Of a stretch of DNA of 64,000 nt, positions 48,853 to 59,487 are shown piece after piece. The notes beneath the pieces were generated by a model. The model was given only the letters and a program-made list of their open reading frames with translations. It searched no databases and was not told where the DNA came from. Source of the DNA: Candidatus Ozemobacteraceae bacterium (GTDB taxonomy: Bacteria; Muiribacteriota; Ozemobacteria; Ozemobacterales; Ozemobacteraceae). Location of the stretch: the NCBI GenBank assembly GCA_965140445.1, contig OZ223236.1:672001-736000 (forward strand), written 5' to 3'. The position numbers were made by a program, and so were the translations under genes. Position 1 is the first letter of the stretch; every line of letters begins with the position of its first letter.

Positions 48853-49359
48853 TTGACAAATAAGCCATTTCTAAACTCTTACTGGGTTATTCCTGATAAA
48901 TTTCTTGCTGGCGAATATCCTTATAATCCTGGTGCAAAAGACCCGACCGCAAAGCTTGAATCTTTGATTAAATATGGATTCAACGTTTTTATTGATTTAA
49001 CTGAGGAAGATGAGCTGGGGCCATATAATAAGGTTTTAAATAGTCTGAATTCGGATGTTGAGCATTGCCGCTTTCCAATTGAGGATAGATCAATTACTGA
49101 TAATGAATCAATGATGGAAATTCAGGACAAGATAGCCACCAGCCTCGTTAATGATAAGAAAGTTTATGTGCATTGTTATGGAGGAATTGGCAGGACGGGG
49201 CTAGTCGTTGGCTGTTGGCTTGCCAACAAACATAAAGATGGCGAATTGGCACTGGAAAAACTAAAAACGTTATGGGATGACAACCCAAAGTCAAAGTGGA
49301 CAACCTCACCAGAAACAGATGATCAAAAAGAGTTTGTTAGAAATTGGAAGCAGTGCTAA
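48853..49359 (+). CDS. Dual-specificity/protein-tyrosine phosphatase family protein
   Basis: SYWV..LAGEYP, FPIED, VHCYGGIGRTG (HCx5R), SPET..Q. Confidence 0.9.
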   Translation: MTNKPFLNSYWVIPDKFLAGEYPYNPGAKDPTAKLESLIKYGFNVFIDLTEEDELGPYNKVLNSLNSDVEHCRFPIEDRSITDNESMMEIQDKIATSLVNDKKVYVHCYGGIGRTGLVVGCWLANKHKDGELALEKLKTLWDDNPKSKWTTSPETDDQKEFVRNWKQC

Positions 49360-49394
49360 TACTGTTTACATAGTTTAAAATATGGAGAAATTTT

Positions 49395-51326
49395 ATGAGA
49401 GCTAGAGTTTTTTTCATGGCAATCGCATTTATTATTGCCTTTGCTTTAAATGGTTTTGCCGCAGGTAAAAGCGGATTGATTTCTGCTGAAAATATTTTCA
49501 AGAAGCCCGAAAAAGCTAATTTTCAACTATCGCTCGATGGGGATTACCTTTCCTGGCTTGCTCCCTATAAAACCAGGATGAATATTTTTGTCAGAGATCT
49601 TAAGAGCGGTAAGGAGAAACGATTAACCTCAATGCTTCATAGGGATATTCCTCACTACTCATGGCTTAATAAAGATGTTATAGGCTTTGTGATGGATAAG
49701 AATGGAGATGAAAACTTTAAACTTTATGGAGTCAACATCAATACGGGAAAAGAAACTTGTTTTACTCCTTTCGATGGTGTCAGGGCAGGTTTAGTTGATG
49801 ATCTGGAAGAAGAGCCGGATCATGTGCTGATAGCAATGAATAAGCGTGATAAAAAAGTCATGGATGTATTTCGGTTGACCCTTTCAACCGGAGAGCTTGA
49901 AGAAGTTGCCAGAAATGACGGGACAATTATTGGGTGGTTAACTGATTGGAACGGAAAATTGAGAGGCGCTTTGTCTAAAGTTAATAATCGCGATTTAATC
50001 TTATTGCGGGAAGATGAAAAAGCTGACTTTAAGCCCTTCTATATTGCTCCTGAAGGCGATAAATTCAGCTCGGTCATATTTGATTTTGACAATTCAGGAT
50101 TAATAGTGAAAACCAATTTAAACCGCGATAAAGAGGCGTTTGTGAGGCTTTCAGCGGGGGGGAATGAAATCGAAACTCTTTTTGAGCATCCAGAAGTCGA
50201 TGCCGGAGCTGTTATAATCTCAAAATACTATAAAAAGATAATGGGTTTTGGCTATTACACTGACAAATTGAAACATAAGATTATTGATAAAGACTTGAAG
50301 AAAATTATCAATAGATTGAAAATTCAGAATTTTGGCAAGACTGTTTCATTTCAGGATGCAGATAGAAAATATACCAAACTGCTTTTCTATATTGGTGGAG
50401 ATACTGATCCAGGGGCGTATTATTTATATGAAAAAGAAAGCCAAAAGTTGACCAAACTTATTGAGACTATGCCGTGGATAGATAAGTCTCTTCTGTGCAA
50501 AAGCAAGCCAATTAAGTATTTGAGCAGAGATGGAAAAACATGGCTTAATGGATACTTGACCTTGCCGAAAAATGCTTCTAAAAACAAGGCGCCTTTAATC
50601 ATTAATCCTCATGGCGGGCCAGCATCTAGAGATGGATGGGGCTTTAATCCTGAAATTCAATTTCTCGCGAACCGTGGATATGCTGTTTTACAGGTTAATT
50701 TCCGTGGCTCTACCGGGTATGGAAAATATTTTCAGGATCTTGGTATTAAACAGTGGGGAAAAGGATACATGCAGCATGATTTGTCCGACGGTGTGAATTG
50801 GGCTATCAACCAGGGAATAGCAAAGCAGGATAAAATTGCGATTTACGGCGGATCGTATGGCGGATACGCAGCTCTTGCTGGTATGACTTTTACTCCAGAA
50901 CTCTATGCGTGCGGCGTCAGCTATGTCGGCCCCTCTAATCTTTTAACCTTGTTAAATTCAATTCCACCTTACTGGAAGCCAATAGTGAAAGACCTCTACA
51001 GGAGAGTCGGTGATCCGGTTAAAGACAAGGAATTTTTGAAATCAATTTCTCCGCTTTTTTCTGTGGATAATATAACCAGGCCTCTCTTTGTTGTTCAAGG
51101 AGCGCAAGACCCGCGCGTTAAAAAACAGGAGTCTGATCAAATCGTTTCTGCTATGAAGAAGAAAGGGTTAGAGGTTTATTACATGGTTAAAGAAAATGAA
51201 GGACATGGATTTAGAAATCAGGAAAATCAGATAGAGTTTTACAAAAGCCTTGAAGCTTTTCTGGGAAAATATCTTGGCGGAAAATCCTTGTCTGATCAAT
51301 CGAATATTTCAAAGTTTAGACAGTAA
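49395..51326 (+). CDS. Exported S9 family peptidase
   Basis: Signal peptide, PHGGP, NFRGSTGYG, GGSYGG, QDPRV, EGHG. Confidence 0.93.
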   Translation: MRARVFFMAIAFIIAFALNGFAAGKSGLISAENIFKKPEKANFQLSLDGDYLSWLAPYKTRMNIFVRDLKSGKEKRLTSMLHRDIPHYSWLNKDVIGFVMDKNGDENFKLYGVNINTGKETCFTPFDGVRAGLVDDLEEEPDHVLIAMNKRDKKVMDVFRLTLSTGELEEVARNDGTIIGWLTDWNGKLRGALSKVNNRDLILLREDEKADFKPFYIAPEGDKFSSVIFDFDNSGLIVKTNLNRDKEAFVRLSAGGNEIETLFEHPEVDAGAVIISKYYKKIMGFGYYTDKLKHKIIDKDLKKIINRLKIQNFGKTVSFQDADRKYTKLLFYIGGDTDPGAYYLYEKESQKLTKLIETMPWIDKSLLCKSKPIKYLSRDGKTWLNGYLTLPKNASKNKAPLIINPHGGPASRDGWGFNPEIQFLANRGYAVLQVNFRGSTGYGKYFQDLGIKQWGKGYMQHDLSDGVNWAINQGIAKQDKIAIYGGSYGGYAALAGMTFTPELYACGVSYVGPSNLLTLLNSIPPYWKPIVKDLYRRVGDPVKDKEFLKSISPLFSVDNITRPLFVVQGAQDPRVKKQESDQIVSAMKKKGLEVYYMVKENEGHGFRNQENQIEFYKSLEAFLGKYLGGKSLSDQSNISKFRQ

Positions 51327-51338
51327 TATTAAGCCTTT

Positions 51339-51384
51339 AAAGCAGTCTCCTGAATAATTTTTTTTGAAGGGAGACTGCTTTTTT
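51339..51384 (+). terminator. Intrinsic terminator
   Basis: AAAGCAGTCTCC/GGAGACTGCTTT followed by T run. Confidence 0.7.
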
Positions 51385-51550
51385 GTACATAAAAAAATAA
51401 AGTTGCTGGTAAAATTGCAATAAATTGAATAATATTAAAAGTAGGCAAACAAATTACTACAAGGATTAGAAACTTTGCACCAGAATAAAAAAGCAAATAT
51501 CTTAGTGTTTCGTCCTGATAGACTTTATACCCAAAGAAAATAGGTAAAAT

Positions 51551-52030
51551 ATGACAACATATATTGGAATTGGCGAATATGCTGTGTCAGGCCAACCTGG
51601 TGAGGTTCTTAGAACTTTAGCTTTGGGTCCATGCGTTGGAGTAGTTGTTTTTTCCAAAAAAATTAGCGTTGTTGGTTTATTGCATGTCCAATTACCAGAA
51701 AGTTCCATAAACTTGGATCTAGCGGCAAAAAGGCCTGCTGTCTTCGCAGACACTGGAATCCCTTTATTCTTATCTGAGTTTGCCAAATTTGGCTGCCGAC
51801 CTGCTGAGCTAATGGTTAAACTGGTAGGGGGAGCTCAGGTAATGGACTCTAAAAACACCTTTAACATTGGAAAAAGAAACTATCTGGCTGTGAAAAAAAT
51901 ACTTTGGGCCAATCGCCTTTGGCCACTAAAAGAAGAGATCGGTGGAACAATTAGTCGATCGGTTACCATTGAAGTAGGCAAAACGGATGTAACTATTTCC
52001 ACCCCCGGAATAGAAGAACGGATTATTTGA
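51551..52030 (+). CDS. cheD: CheD
   Basis: TLALGPCVGV..GLLHVQLP, FADTGIP, KLVGGA, IGKRN. Confidence 0.9.
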   Translation: MTTYIGIGEYAVSGQPGEVLRTLALGPCVGVVVFSKKISVVGLLHVQLPESSINLDLAAKRPAVFADTGIPLFLSEFAKFGCRPAELMVKLVGGAQVMDSKNTFNIGKRNYLAVKKILWANRLWPLKEEIGGTISRSVTIEVGKTDVTISTPGIEERII

Positions 52031-52062
52031 GGTGAACTTTTTATGATTAACGGAGAAGAGTT

Positions 52063-52437
52063 ATGATACATACGGTACTTATCGCCGACGATTCTGCTAC
52101 AGCCCGTATGATTACTCAACGCTGCCTTGAGATGCTAGGACTGGAAAGCAAGTTTTTGCACGCAAAAGATGGCAGAGAAGCTCTGGAAATCCTAAGGGCG
52201 GGTGGAGTAGATTTGCTTATTACAGACATGGTTATGCCCGAAATGGACGGAAAGGCTTTGTTGAAAAGTGTTAAAAGCAGTCCAAAGCTGAATCATATTC
52301 CTGTTTTTGTTATTACTTCTTTAGCTAATCCAGCATTAGAAAGCGAAATGGAACAAATTGGGGTTGACCATGTTATTTATAAGCCAGTGTCTCCTCCAAA
52401 ATTAATGATGGCTCTGGAAGCCGTAATGGGAGGGTAA
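52063..52437 (+). CDS. Single-domain response regulator
   Basis: IADDS, TDMVMP, ITS, YKP. Confidence 0.88.
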   Translation: MIHTVLIADDSATARMITQRCLEMLGLESKFLHAKDGREALEILRAGGVDLLITDMVMPEMDGKALLKSVKSSPKLNHIPVFVITSLANPALESEMEQIGVDHVIYKPVSPPKLMMALEAVMGG

Positions 52438-52439
52438 TT

Positions 52440-52916
52440 ATGATTTCTCCTAACCCGGGAACTCCTGAAGCTATCATTTATGAAGCTTTGGTAGAGACTT
52501 TTGAAAATCTGGTTTTTGAAGAAGTTATTTTAGAAGAGGTTGCTCAAAACAAGCTTCCAGAAAGCGCCAATGGATGCTTGATTGCAAAAATGGATTTGTC
52601 TGACCCCCCCATGGGAACAGTTATTCTGGCAATCCGGACTGATCTTATGATTCGCTTTTGTGAAGCGATATTTGGAATGGTTGAAGAAGAAATGCCTGAT
52701 TTGCAGCAGATGGAAGATAGCCTTGGGGAGCTTTTAAACACCATTTGCGGACGAATGCTGGCAATGAAGCTGCCTGATGACCAAACTTATAATCTTGGTT
52801 TACCCAAATTGTCAAAAGATGAAGAACTAAAATTTGAAGGAGAGTTCAGGTCTGTAAATTGCATGATAGGGGACAATATGGTTTTCATGTTGGTTCCAGA
52901 GGTGTTTTGGTTGTAG
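52440..52916 (+). CDS. CheX-like protein
   Basis: EDSLGELLNTICG (ExxN phosphatase motif). Confidence 0.7.
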   Translation: MISPNPGTPEAIIYEALVETFENLVFEEVILEEVAQNKLPESANGCLIAKMDLSDPPMGTVILAIRTDLMIRFCEAIFGMVEEEMPDLQQMEDSLGELLNTICGRMLAMKLPDDQTYNLGLPKLSKDEELKFEGEFRSVNCMIGDNMVFMLVPEVFWL

Positions 52917-52934
52917 AAAAATATTGAGTTAAGG

Positions 52935-53426
52935 ATGGTTAAGATGGATTCAAAAGTTGCCAATCAATTTATTCTAGCCGCAATTAGCGTTTTCAAAAAA
53001 GTCGGAAATGTTGAGCTTAAAAGAGAAGGACTTGAATATTTCCCACGAGGACTGAAACTTAATGCTGGTATTGCCACCATTCTTGGTATCACAGGAGACT
53101 TTAAAGGACAATTTGTCATTACCCTGAATGAAGACACCGCTTGTCAGGTTGCTTCAGCTATTTTAATGGGGATTCCTGTTCCAAAATATGATGAAGTCGC
53201 AGAAAGCGGCGTTTGTGAGCTTGGCAACATGATCGGAGGAGAGGTAAGCACTCTTCTGCACGAAAATGGGTATGTTTGTGATATAACCGTTCCTTCAATT
53301 GCCAGAGGAAAAGAGATGGAGATCTCATTCTACCCCACCGCCCCAATGTTTCTTATCAAGTTTTCGTGCGATTGGGGTCCAATTGAACTTATTTTGAAGG
53401 TTGATTCGTCAAAATCGAAATCTTAA
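52935..53426 (+). CDS. cheX: CheX phosphatase
   Basis: ILGITGDFKG, SGVCELGNMIGG, DITVPS. Confidence 0.88.
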   Translation: MVKMDSKVANQFILAAISVFKKVGNVELKREGLEYFPRGLKLNAGIATILGITGDFKGQFVITLNEDTACQVASAILMGIPVPKYDEVAESGVCELGNMIGGEVSTLLHENGYVCDITVPSIARGKEMEISFYPTAPMFLIKFSCDWGPIELILKVDSSKSKS

Positions 53427-53526
53427 TTATCTTTTTGTATGAGAAGTTTTTCGTTTCCCAAGCTAGCTTTTGTTTCCTAGCCTAAACTAATAGACTTGGT
53501 AAATAACTGAGGAAAGAAGTCTGTCT

Positions 53527-55929
53527 ATGTATAAAGATATGGAGCTTGAGTTTTTACAAGTTTTCGTTGGAGAAAGCCGCGAGCTAATCGAAGAGGTGGA
53601 ACCTCAGCTTATTGAATTACATCAGGAAGCCGCTTTAACTGGTGAACTTGATGTTGCAACGATTAATGCCATTTTTAGACTTTTCCATTCGATGAAAGGG
53701 AGTGCGGCAAGTTTAGGATTAAATAATATTGCCTCTCTGACTCATAAAGCAGAAACCCTCCTCGATCTATTTAGAGAAGGAAAAGCTGAGTTAAAATCTG
53801 AACATGTTGATTTGCTGCTTCGTACACTTGATCTAGCTAATGTGTATCTCGGCCTGGTAGAAGAGCAGCATAACGACAAAGGCAGAGAAGATGAGAGGGC
53901 ATTCCTGGAAGAAGAACTTTCTTCTGCAATCGATAAAGCCACTGGTGGTGCTAAAGGAAAAGCTAAGGCCAAGGCCAAGGCAAAAGCTGCCACCAAAGCA
54001 AAGTTGGCAAAATCAATGTCCGACAAAAATGATAAAGAAAAGATTGAAGAAGAGCCTGAAGAACCAGAAAAAATTGATGAGCCAGAAGAAGATAAATTAA
54101 GCTTCGATACGGGCAAGGTTATTGATCAATCTGATGCCGGATTGATTAATCAATTTGTTGAGGAAGCAGTTGATTTTCTGGACAGCTCAGAAGGTATTCT
54201 CCTGGAGATGGAAAAAGACCCTGTTGAGAACTCTCCGCAGATGAGAGAACTTTTCAGAGGTTTTCACAGTTTTAAAGGAAATTGTGGATTTTTAGGGTTT
54301 GCAGATCTTGGCAGCTTGAGTCATAAGGCAGAAACCGTATTTGAAACCTTCTTTGATAATGGCGTTTCCCCTCTGCCTGAACATATTATGACCTTTTTAA
54401 TCATAGTGGACTGCCTCAGGCAGGGCATTAATGATGTTGCTGGTGGTGGAAAGGGTGCTATCGAAGGCTTGCAGTCAATGGAAGATTTGTTGGCCAAGAT
54501 GACTTCAGATGTAACGGATGCGAAAGATGCTCCGAAAAAGATTGGCCAGATATTGGTCGATGAAGGCGCTGTGACAAAAGATCAGCTCCGGGAAGCCCTT
54601 GAAAAACAAAATTCGGCTCTGGGCGACGTGCTTGTTGACATGGGCGCAACGGACAAGGGAGCGGTCGAAAAGGCTCTTAAAAAGCAGACAGAACAGTCGG
54701 CGGCAACAACCAGCATTAGTAAATCAATTAAAAGATCTGATATTAGAGTGGATCTGAATAAACTGGATAAGCTTGTAAACCTTGTAGGCGAACTCGTTAT
54801 TGCTGAAACCATGGTTACCAAAAACCCGGATTTGAAAAATCTCACATTGGAAAACTTTGATAAAGCGGTCCACCATCTACGCCGTGTCACCAGTGAGTTG
54901 CAGGATGTTGCAATGAGCGTCAGAATGATTCCACTTACCATGACCTTCCAGAAGCTTGTAAGGGTAGTTCATGACCTGGCGAGAAAATCGAACAAAAAAG
55001 TAAAATTGAACCTTGTGGGCGAGGAAACTGAAGTCGATAAGACAATGACTGAACAGATTGCCGATCCTTTGCTTCATATGGTTAGAAACTCTGTAGATCA
55101 CGGTTTTGAGTCTACTGAGGAAAGAATTCGATTAGGGAAACCTGAAACAGGAAAACTTACCATCGAAGCTAGATATGAGGGCGGAGAGGTTTGGATCGTT
55201 GTTTCAGATGATGGAAAGGGTATTGACCGTGAAGTAATTCTCAAGAAGGCTATTGAGAAAGGCTTGGTAAATCCCAATGATGCTGCTGCCATGGAAGACG
55301 AAGACGTCTTCAATCTGATATTTGAACCAGGTTTTTCGACCTCTCAAACAGTGTCTGAGGTTTCTGGACGCGGCGTTGGTATGGACGTTGTTAAGAAAAA
55401 TATTGAAAAGCTTAAAGGCAGGATTCTGGTTAGAAGTAAATTGGGTTTTGGAACCTCAATCTATCTTCAGATTCCTTTGACTCTTGCTATTATTGATGGA
55501 ATGCTGGTCAGAGTGGGAGATTCTAGATATACAATTCCTCTGTTATCCATTAGGGAATCAATTCAACCCCAAACTTCATGGATTACCACTACTCCAGATC
55601 AGAATGAAATTGTAAGAATCAGGGAAGAACTTATTCCTGTTATAAGGCTGCATAGTCTACATGGAAAGAAGCCTCAATTTGAAAATTTGCACGAAGGTAT
55701 TCTTGTTATTGTAGAGGATAGAGGTAAAAAAGCAGCTATTTTCCTTGATGAGATTCTTGGTCAACAACAGACAGTAATTAAAGGGCTCTCCGGGTATCTT
55801 TCGTCGGTTAAGGGAATATCTGGCTGCACCATTCTTGGAGATGGAGCGGTTAGTTTAATTCTGGATATAGGTGGCCTTGTTGATAAGGCTGGCGGACAAA
55901 AGAAGCTAGGCTCTGAAAGGGAGGTTTAA
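53527..55929 (+). CDS. cheA: CheA with two Hpt domains and MshEN-like motifs
   Basis: FHSMKGSA and FHSFKGNC; HMVRNSVDHG, IFEPGFST..SGRGVGMDVV, GCTILGDG. Confidence 0.95.
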   Translation: MYKDMELEFLQVFVGESRELIEEVEPQLIELHQEAALTGELDVATINAIFRLFHSMKGSAASLGLNNIASLTHKAETLLDLFREGKAELKSEHVDLLLRTLDLANVYLGLVEEQHNDKGREDERAFLEEELSSAIDKATGGAKGKAKAKAKAKAATKAKLAKSMSDKNDKEKIEEEPEEPEKIDEPEEDKLSFDTGKVIDQSDAGLINQFVEEAVDFLDSSEGILLEMEKDPVENSPQMRELFRGFHSFKGNCGFLGFADLGSLSHKAETVFETFFDNGVSPLPEHIMTFLIIVDCLRQGINDVAGGGKGAIEGLQSMEDLLAKMTSDVTDAKDAPKKIGQILVDEGAVTKDQLREALEKQNSALGDVLVDMGATDKGAVEKALKKQTEQSAATTSISKSIKRSDIRVDLNKLDKLVNLVGELVIAETMVTKNPDLKNLTLENFDKAVHHLRRVTSELQDVAMSVRMIPLTMTFQKLVRVVHDLARKSNKKVKLNLVGEETEVDKTMTEQIADPLLHMVRNSVDHGFESTEERIRLGKPETGKLTIEARYEGGEVWIVVSDDGKGIDREVILKKAIEKGLVNPNDAAAMEDEDVFNLIFEPGFSTSQTVSEVSGRGVGMDVVKKNIEKLKGRILVRSKLGFGTSIYLQIPLTLAIIDGMLVRVGDSRYTIPLLSIRESIQPQTSWITTTPDQNEIVRIREELIPVIRLHSLHGKKPQFENLHEGILVIVEDRGKKAAIFLDEILGQQQTVIKGLSGYLSSVKGISGCTILGDGAVSLILDIGGLVDKAGGQKKLGSEREV

Positions 55930-55930
55930 G

Positions 55931-56449
55931 GTGTCCGAATCTCAAAGAAAGAATACTGAAGATGATTTCGATTTCATTGATGAAGAAAATGAAGATACTC
56001 AAGAGGGAAGATATCTATCTTTCCGCATAGCTAAAGAAGAATACGCTATAGAGATTCGTCATGTGACAGAGATTGTTGGAATTCAGAAGATAACTGAAGT
56101 TCCCGATATGCCTAAGTATGTTAAGGGAGTTATAAACCTTAGGGGTAGTGTTATTCCTGTTGTGGATGTAAGACTCCGGTTCAACATGGAACCTGAAGAT
56201 TATGATGATAGAACATGTTTGATTGTTGTGAACGTAAATGATTCACCAATTGGACTTGTTGTTGATGCTGTAAAAGAGGTTATTTCTATCGCTCCAGAGC
56301 AGATATCACCTGCTCCTCAGGTTTCAAAAGGTGATGTATCGCGTTACATTAAAGGAATTGCTAGATTTGCAGAAGAAGTGATTATCCTGCTTGCGATGGA
56401 TAAATTGCTGTATGACGAAAAACTCCATGGTTTTTCGGAAAATCAATAA
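55931..56449 (+). CDS. cheW: CheW
   Basis: ITEVP..KGVINLRGSVIPVVD. Confidence 0.95.
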   Translation: MSESQRKNTEDDFDFIDEENEDTQEGRYLSFRIAKEEYAIEIRHVTEIVGIQKITEVPDMPKYVKGVINLRGSVIPVVDVRLRFNMEPEDYDDRTCLIVVNVNDSPIGLVVDAVKEVISIAPEQISPAPQVSKGDVSRYIKGIARFAEEVIILLAMDKLLYDEKLHGFSENQ

Positions 56450-56542
56450 GACAGATAAGCTATAAGTTGTCCTAACACTGGTCTAGAGAATTTTTCGTAA
56501 TTCACTTTCTTGGAAATTTTTTTGAAAGGAAAGGCAAAGATT

Positions 56543-58972
56543 ATGGGATTTAGGAACATTTGGCAAAACTTGTCGTTGAAGTGGAAACTGGTGATTTTGA
56601 GCATTTTTTGTATTGCTCTCATGGGCATTCCCCAGGTTCTTGTGTTCATGGACGCTACTCAAACAATTCAGGGTGTTACAGAGAAGTCTATGATGAGCAA
56701 AGCTGAGGACGAAACCAAGCGTGTTGCAGAAGGCATTTACAACATGGTTTTGACCCAGGATAAGATTTTAAGAATCAAGTTGAAATCTGACCTGGAAACA
56801 GCGAGGGATATCTTAAAAAGAGCTGGAGATGTTTCGCTTAGTTCTGAGCAGGTTTCCTGGCGGGCAATAAACCAATTTAGCAAAAATGAGCAGGCAATTA
56901 GTTTGCCGAAAATGTTTGTTGGTGAAACTTGGCTTGGTCAGGTTTCTGACCCCGATGAAAAAGCATCCATTGTTGACAAGGTTCAATCACTGGTTGGAGG
57001 AACTTGCACAATTTTCCAGAGGATGAATTCTCAGGGAGACATGCTTCGTGTAGCTACAAATGTAATCGCAGGCTCAGGCAAAAGAGCTATTGGGACTTAT
57101 ATTCCTGCTACAAACCCTGATGGAAAGGCAAATCCGGTTGTTTCAGCAGTTTTACGTGGAGATACCTTTGTAGGGAAGGCTTTTGTCGTTGATAAGTGGT
57201 ATTTGACAGCTTATGAGCCATTAAAAGATTATTCTGGTAAAACTGTCGGTATTCTTTACGTTGGTATCCCGATGGAAATGGTCAAAGACCTTCGTGAAGC
57301 TATTTTAAAGCTTAAAGTTGGTAAGACTGGATATGCTTTTGTATTCGGAAGTCAGGGAGACCAGTGGTGTAAAAGTATTGTTCACCCCAAATCTGGAACC
57401 GGAAAGGATTTTTCCCAGGCAAAGAGTGATGATGGCAGATTTATTATTCAGGAGATTGTAAAAGCAGGTCTTTCAACCAAGAACGGTGAAGCTGTGATTA
57501 TAAATTACCCCTGGAAAAACCCAGGAGAAACCAAGCCAAGGATGAAGATTGCCGCAATTACCTATTATCCTGAATGGGATTGGGTTATCGGTATTGGAAC
57601 ATATCACGACGAATTTCTTGATTCTCTTAACCCAATTAATGCTGCCTTTGCTAATGCACAAAATAAGCAGAACTTTATTACTCTAATAGCTTTGCTTGTT
57701 ATTTGTTTTGTTGCATGGATATTAGCCACTGGAATTTCTGGCCCGGTTTTGAATAGTGTTAAAATGCTAAATGCTGTTGCCAGAGAAGGTGATGTTTCCA
57801 TTCGAGTTCCAGAAGAAGATCTGAAAAGGAAAGATGAGGTCGGGCAACTTTGCCAGGGCCTTAATCTATTAATTCGACAACAGAGTGATCAGGCAAAAAT
57901 GGCTAAGAAACTGGCTCTCGGTGATTGGAACCAGAATGTGGAAGTCAGGTCTGAGAAAGATGAACTTTGCCAGGCTTTGCAGTTAATGGTTGAGCAGGTG
58001 AATGAAGCCCTTTCTGGAGTAAGAACCGCTGCTGATGAAGTGGATTCTGGGTCTAGTCAGATATCTGATGCCAGCCAATCACTTTCACAGGGTGCTACAG
58101 AATCAGCTGCTTCCTTACAGGAAATTAGTAGCTCAATGACAGAAATTGGTAGTCAGACTAAGGCAAATGCTGAAAATGCTACTCAAGCAAATGTTTTGGC
58201 CACACAAACTCGAACCGCTGCCGAAACTGGTAACCAGAGAATGACGGCTATGATGGCTGCAATGGGTGATATCCAGGATTCCAGTAAGCAGATCGCTAAA
58301 ATTATTAAGGTAATTGATGATATCGCTTTCCAGACAAATCTACTTGCTTTGAATGCTGCCGTAGAGGCAGCCAGAGCAGGAAGACATGGTAAAGGTTTCG
58401 CCGTTGTTGCTGATGAAGTTCGAAACCTCGCTGGAAGAAGTGCTAAGGCTGCCAAAGAGACTTCTGAAATGATTGAGAATTCCATTGGCAAGGTAGATGC
58501 CGGTACTGAAATTGCTCAAGCCACTGAAAAGGCTCTTGAAGAAATTGTTGGTAGTTCTGTAAAAGTTGCGGACCTTGTTGGTGAAATCGCAGCCGCAAGT
58601 AATGAACAGGCCCAGGGAATAGCTCAGATCGGACAAGGACTTGAGCAGATTGATAAAGTTACTCAACAAAACACTGCCAGTGCAGAAGAAACTGCCGCAG
58701 CAGCTGAAGAATTATCAAGTCAGGCTCGAGAGCTTAGTGGCTTGCTGGTAAAATTTAAACTAAAAGATGATTATTCACCATTGGCAATGTCAGCTATGCC
58801 AGCCCCTCCTGTTGCAAAAAATAAGCGACCTGCTCAAAACAGACCGGCCCAGAGAAGAAACGATGATCAAAATTATCCAAATTCAGGGATGACAATTGAG
58901 TCTGTAAAGAATAAAATGTTGAAACCCTCTGATGTCATAGCTTTAGATGATGATGAGTTTGGTAAATACTAG
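56543..58972 (+). CDS. Methyl-accepting chemotaxis protein with Cache 3/Cache 2-type sensor
   Basis: [60 protein letters not shown]-terminal EFGKY. Confidence 0.95.
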   Translation: MGFRNIWQNLSLKWKLVILSIFCIALMGIPQVLVFMDATQTIQGVTEKSMMSKAEDETKRVAEGIYNMVLTQDKILRIKLKSDLETARDILKRAGDVSLSSEQVSWRAINQFSKNEQAISLPKMFVGETWLGQVSDPDEKASIVDKVQSLVGGTCTIFQRMNSQGDMLRVATNVIAGSGKRAIGTYIPATNPDGKANPVVSAVLRGDTFVGKAFVVDKWYLTAYEPLKDYSGKTVGILYVGIPMEMVKDLREAILKLKVGKTGYAFVFGSQGDQWCKSIVHPKSGTGKDFSQAKSDDGRFIIQEIVKAGLSTKNGEAVIINYPWKNPGETKPRMKIAAITYYPEWDWVIGIGTYHDEFLDSLNPINAAFANAQNKQNFITLIALLVICFVAWILATGISGPVLNSVKMLNAVAREGDVSIRVPEEDLKRKDEVGQLCQGLNLLIRQQSDQAKMAKKLALGDWNQNVEVRSEKDELCQALQLMVEQVNEALSGVRTAADEVDSGSSQISDASQSLSQGATESAASLQEISSSMTEIGSQTKANAENATQANVLATQTRTAAETGNQRMTAMMAAMGDIQDSSKQIAKIIKVIDDIAFQTNLLALNAAVEAARAGRHGKGFAVVADEVRNLAGRSAKAAKETSEMIENSIGKVDAGTEIAQATEKALEEIVGSSVKVADLVGEIAAASNEQAQGIAQIGQGLEQIDKVTQQNTASAEETAAAAEELSSQARELSGLLVKFKLKDDYSPLAMSAMPAPPVAKNKRPAQNRPAQRRNDDQNYPNSGMTIESVKNKMLKPSDVIALDDDEFGKY

Positions 58973-58986
58973 TAGGAGTTACTTCA

Positions 58987-59487
58987 GTGGCGCTAGAGGT
59001 CTCTCAAGGATTGTATCTTAAACCAGGTCATGTTTGCATGCCAGATGAGCCGGTAAGGCTTTGGACAGTTACCGGTTCTGGTGTTGTTATGACGATCTTT
59101 GATAGAAAGAGAAAGTTCGGTGGTATGGCTCATTATTTACTTGCTGAAGATGAGTCATCCCCGAATTCCTCTCCTATTTACGCTAAAGGAGCAATACTTG
59201 GACTTTTAAAGTTTTTCCGCGAAAATGGTTCAAGTTTTGGAGACCTTATCGCATCAATTTATGGAGCAGCATGTAATCCAAAAGCTCCTGGCTATATTGA
59301 AGATCTTCATAAGTGCAACGTTCAAGCTTGCAGTAAAATTTTGGCTAAACTCAAAATTGACTTGGCAGGCTGCGACGTTGGAGGGCACTGGGGAAGGAAG
59401 ATAGCTTTTGAATCTCATACTGGTGAGTGCGTTGTTGTAAAGACCGAAAAAATCCGAAGTGAGGACTGGTATCCAGTAGCTAAATGA
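58987..59487 (+). CDS. CheD-like protein lacking the catalytic Cys
   Basis: YLKPG, TVTGSGVV (canonical GSCV), GGMAHY, DVGG..GRKI.F. Confidence 0.75.
   Translation: MALEVSQGLYLKPGHVCMPDEPVRLWTVTGSGVVMTIFDRKRKFGGMAHYLLAEDESSPNSSPIYAKGAILGLLKFFRENGSSFGDLIASIYGAACNPKAPGYIEDLHKCNVQACSKILAKLKIDLAGCDVGGHWGRKIAFESHTGECVVVKTEKIRSEDWYPVAK

Noticed and set aside
53950..54095. KAKAKAKA/EEPEEPE low-complexity tract as a separate element
   Set aside because: In-frame flexible linker between the CheA Hpt domains
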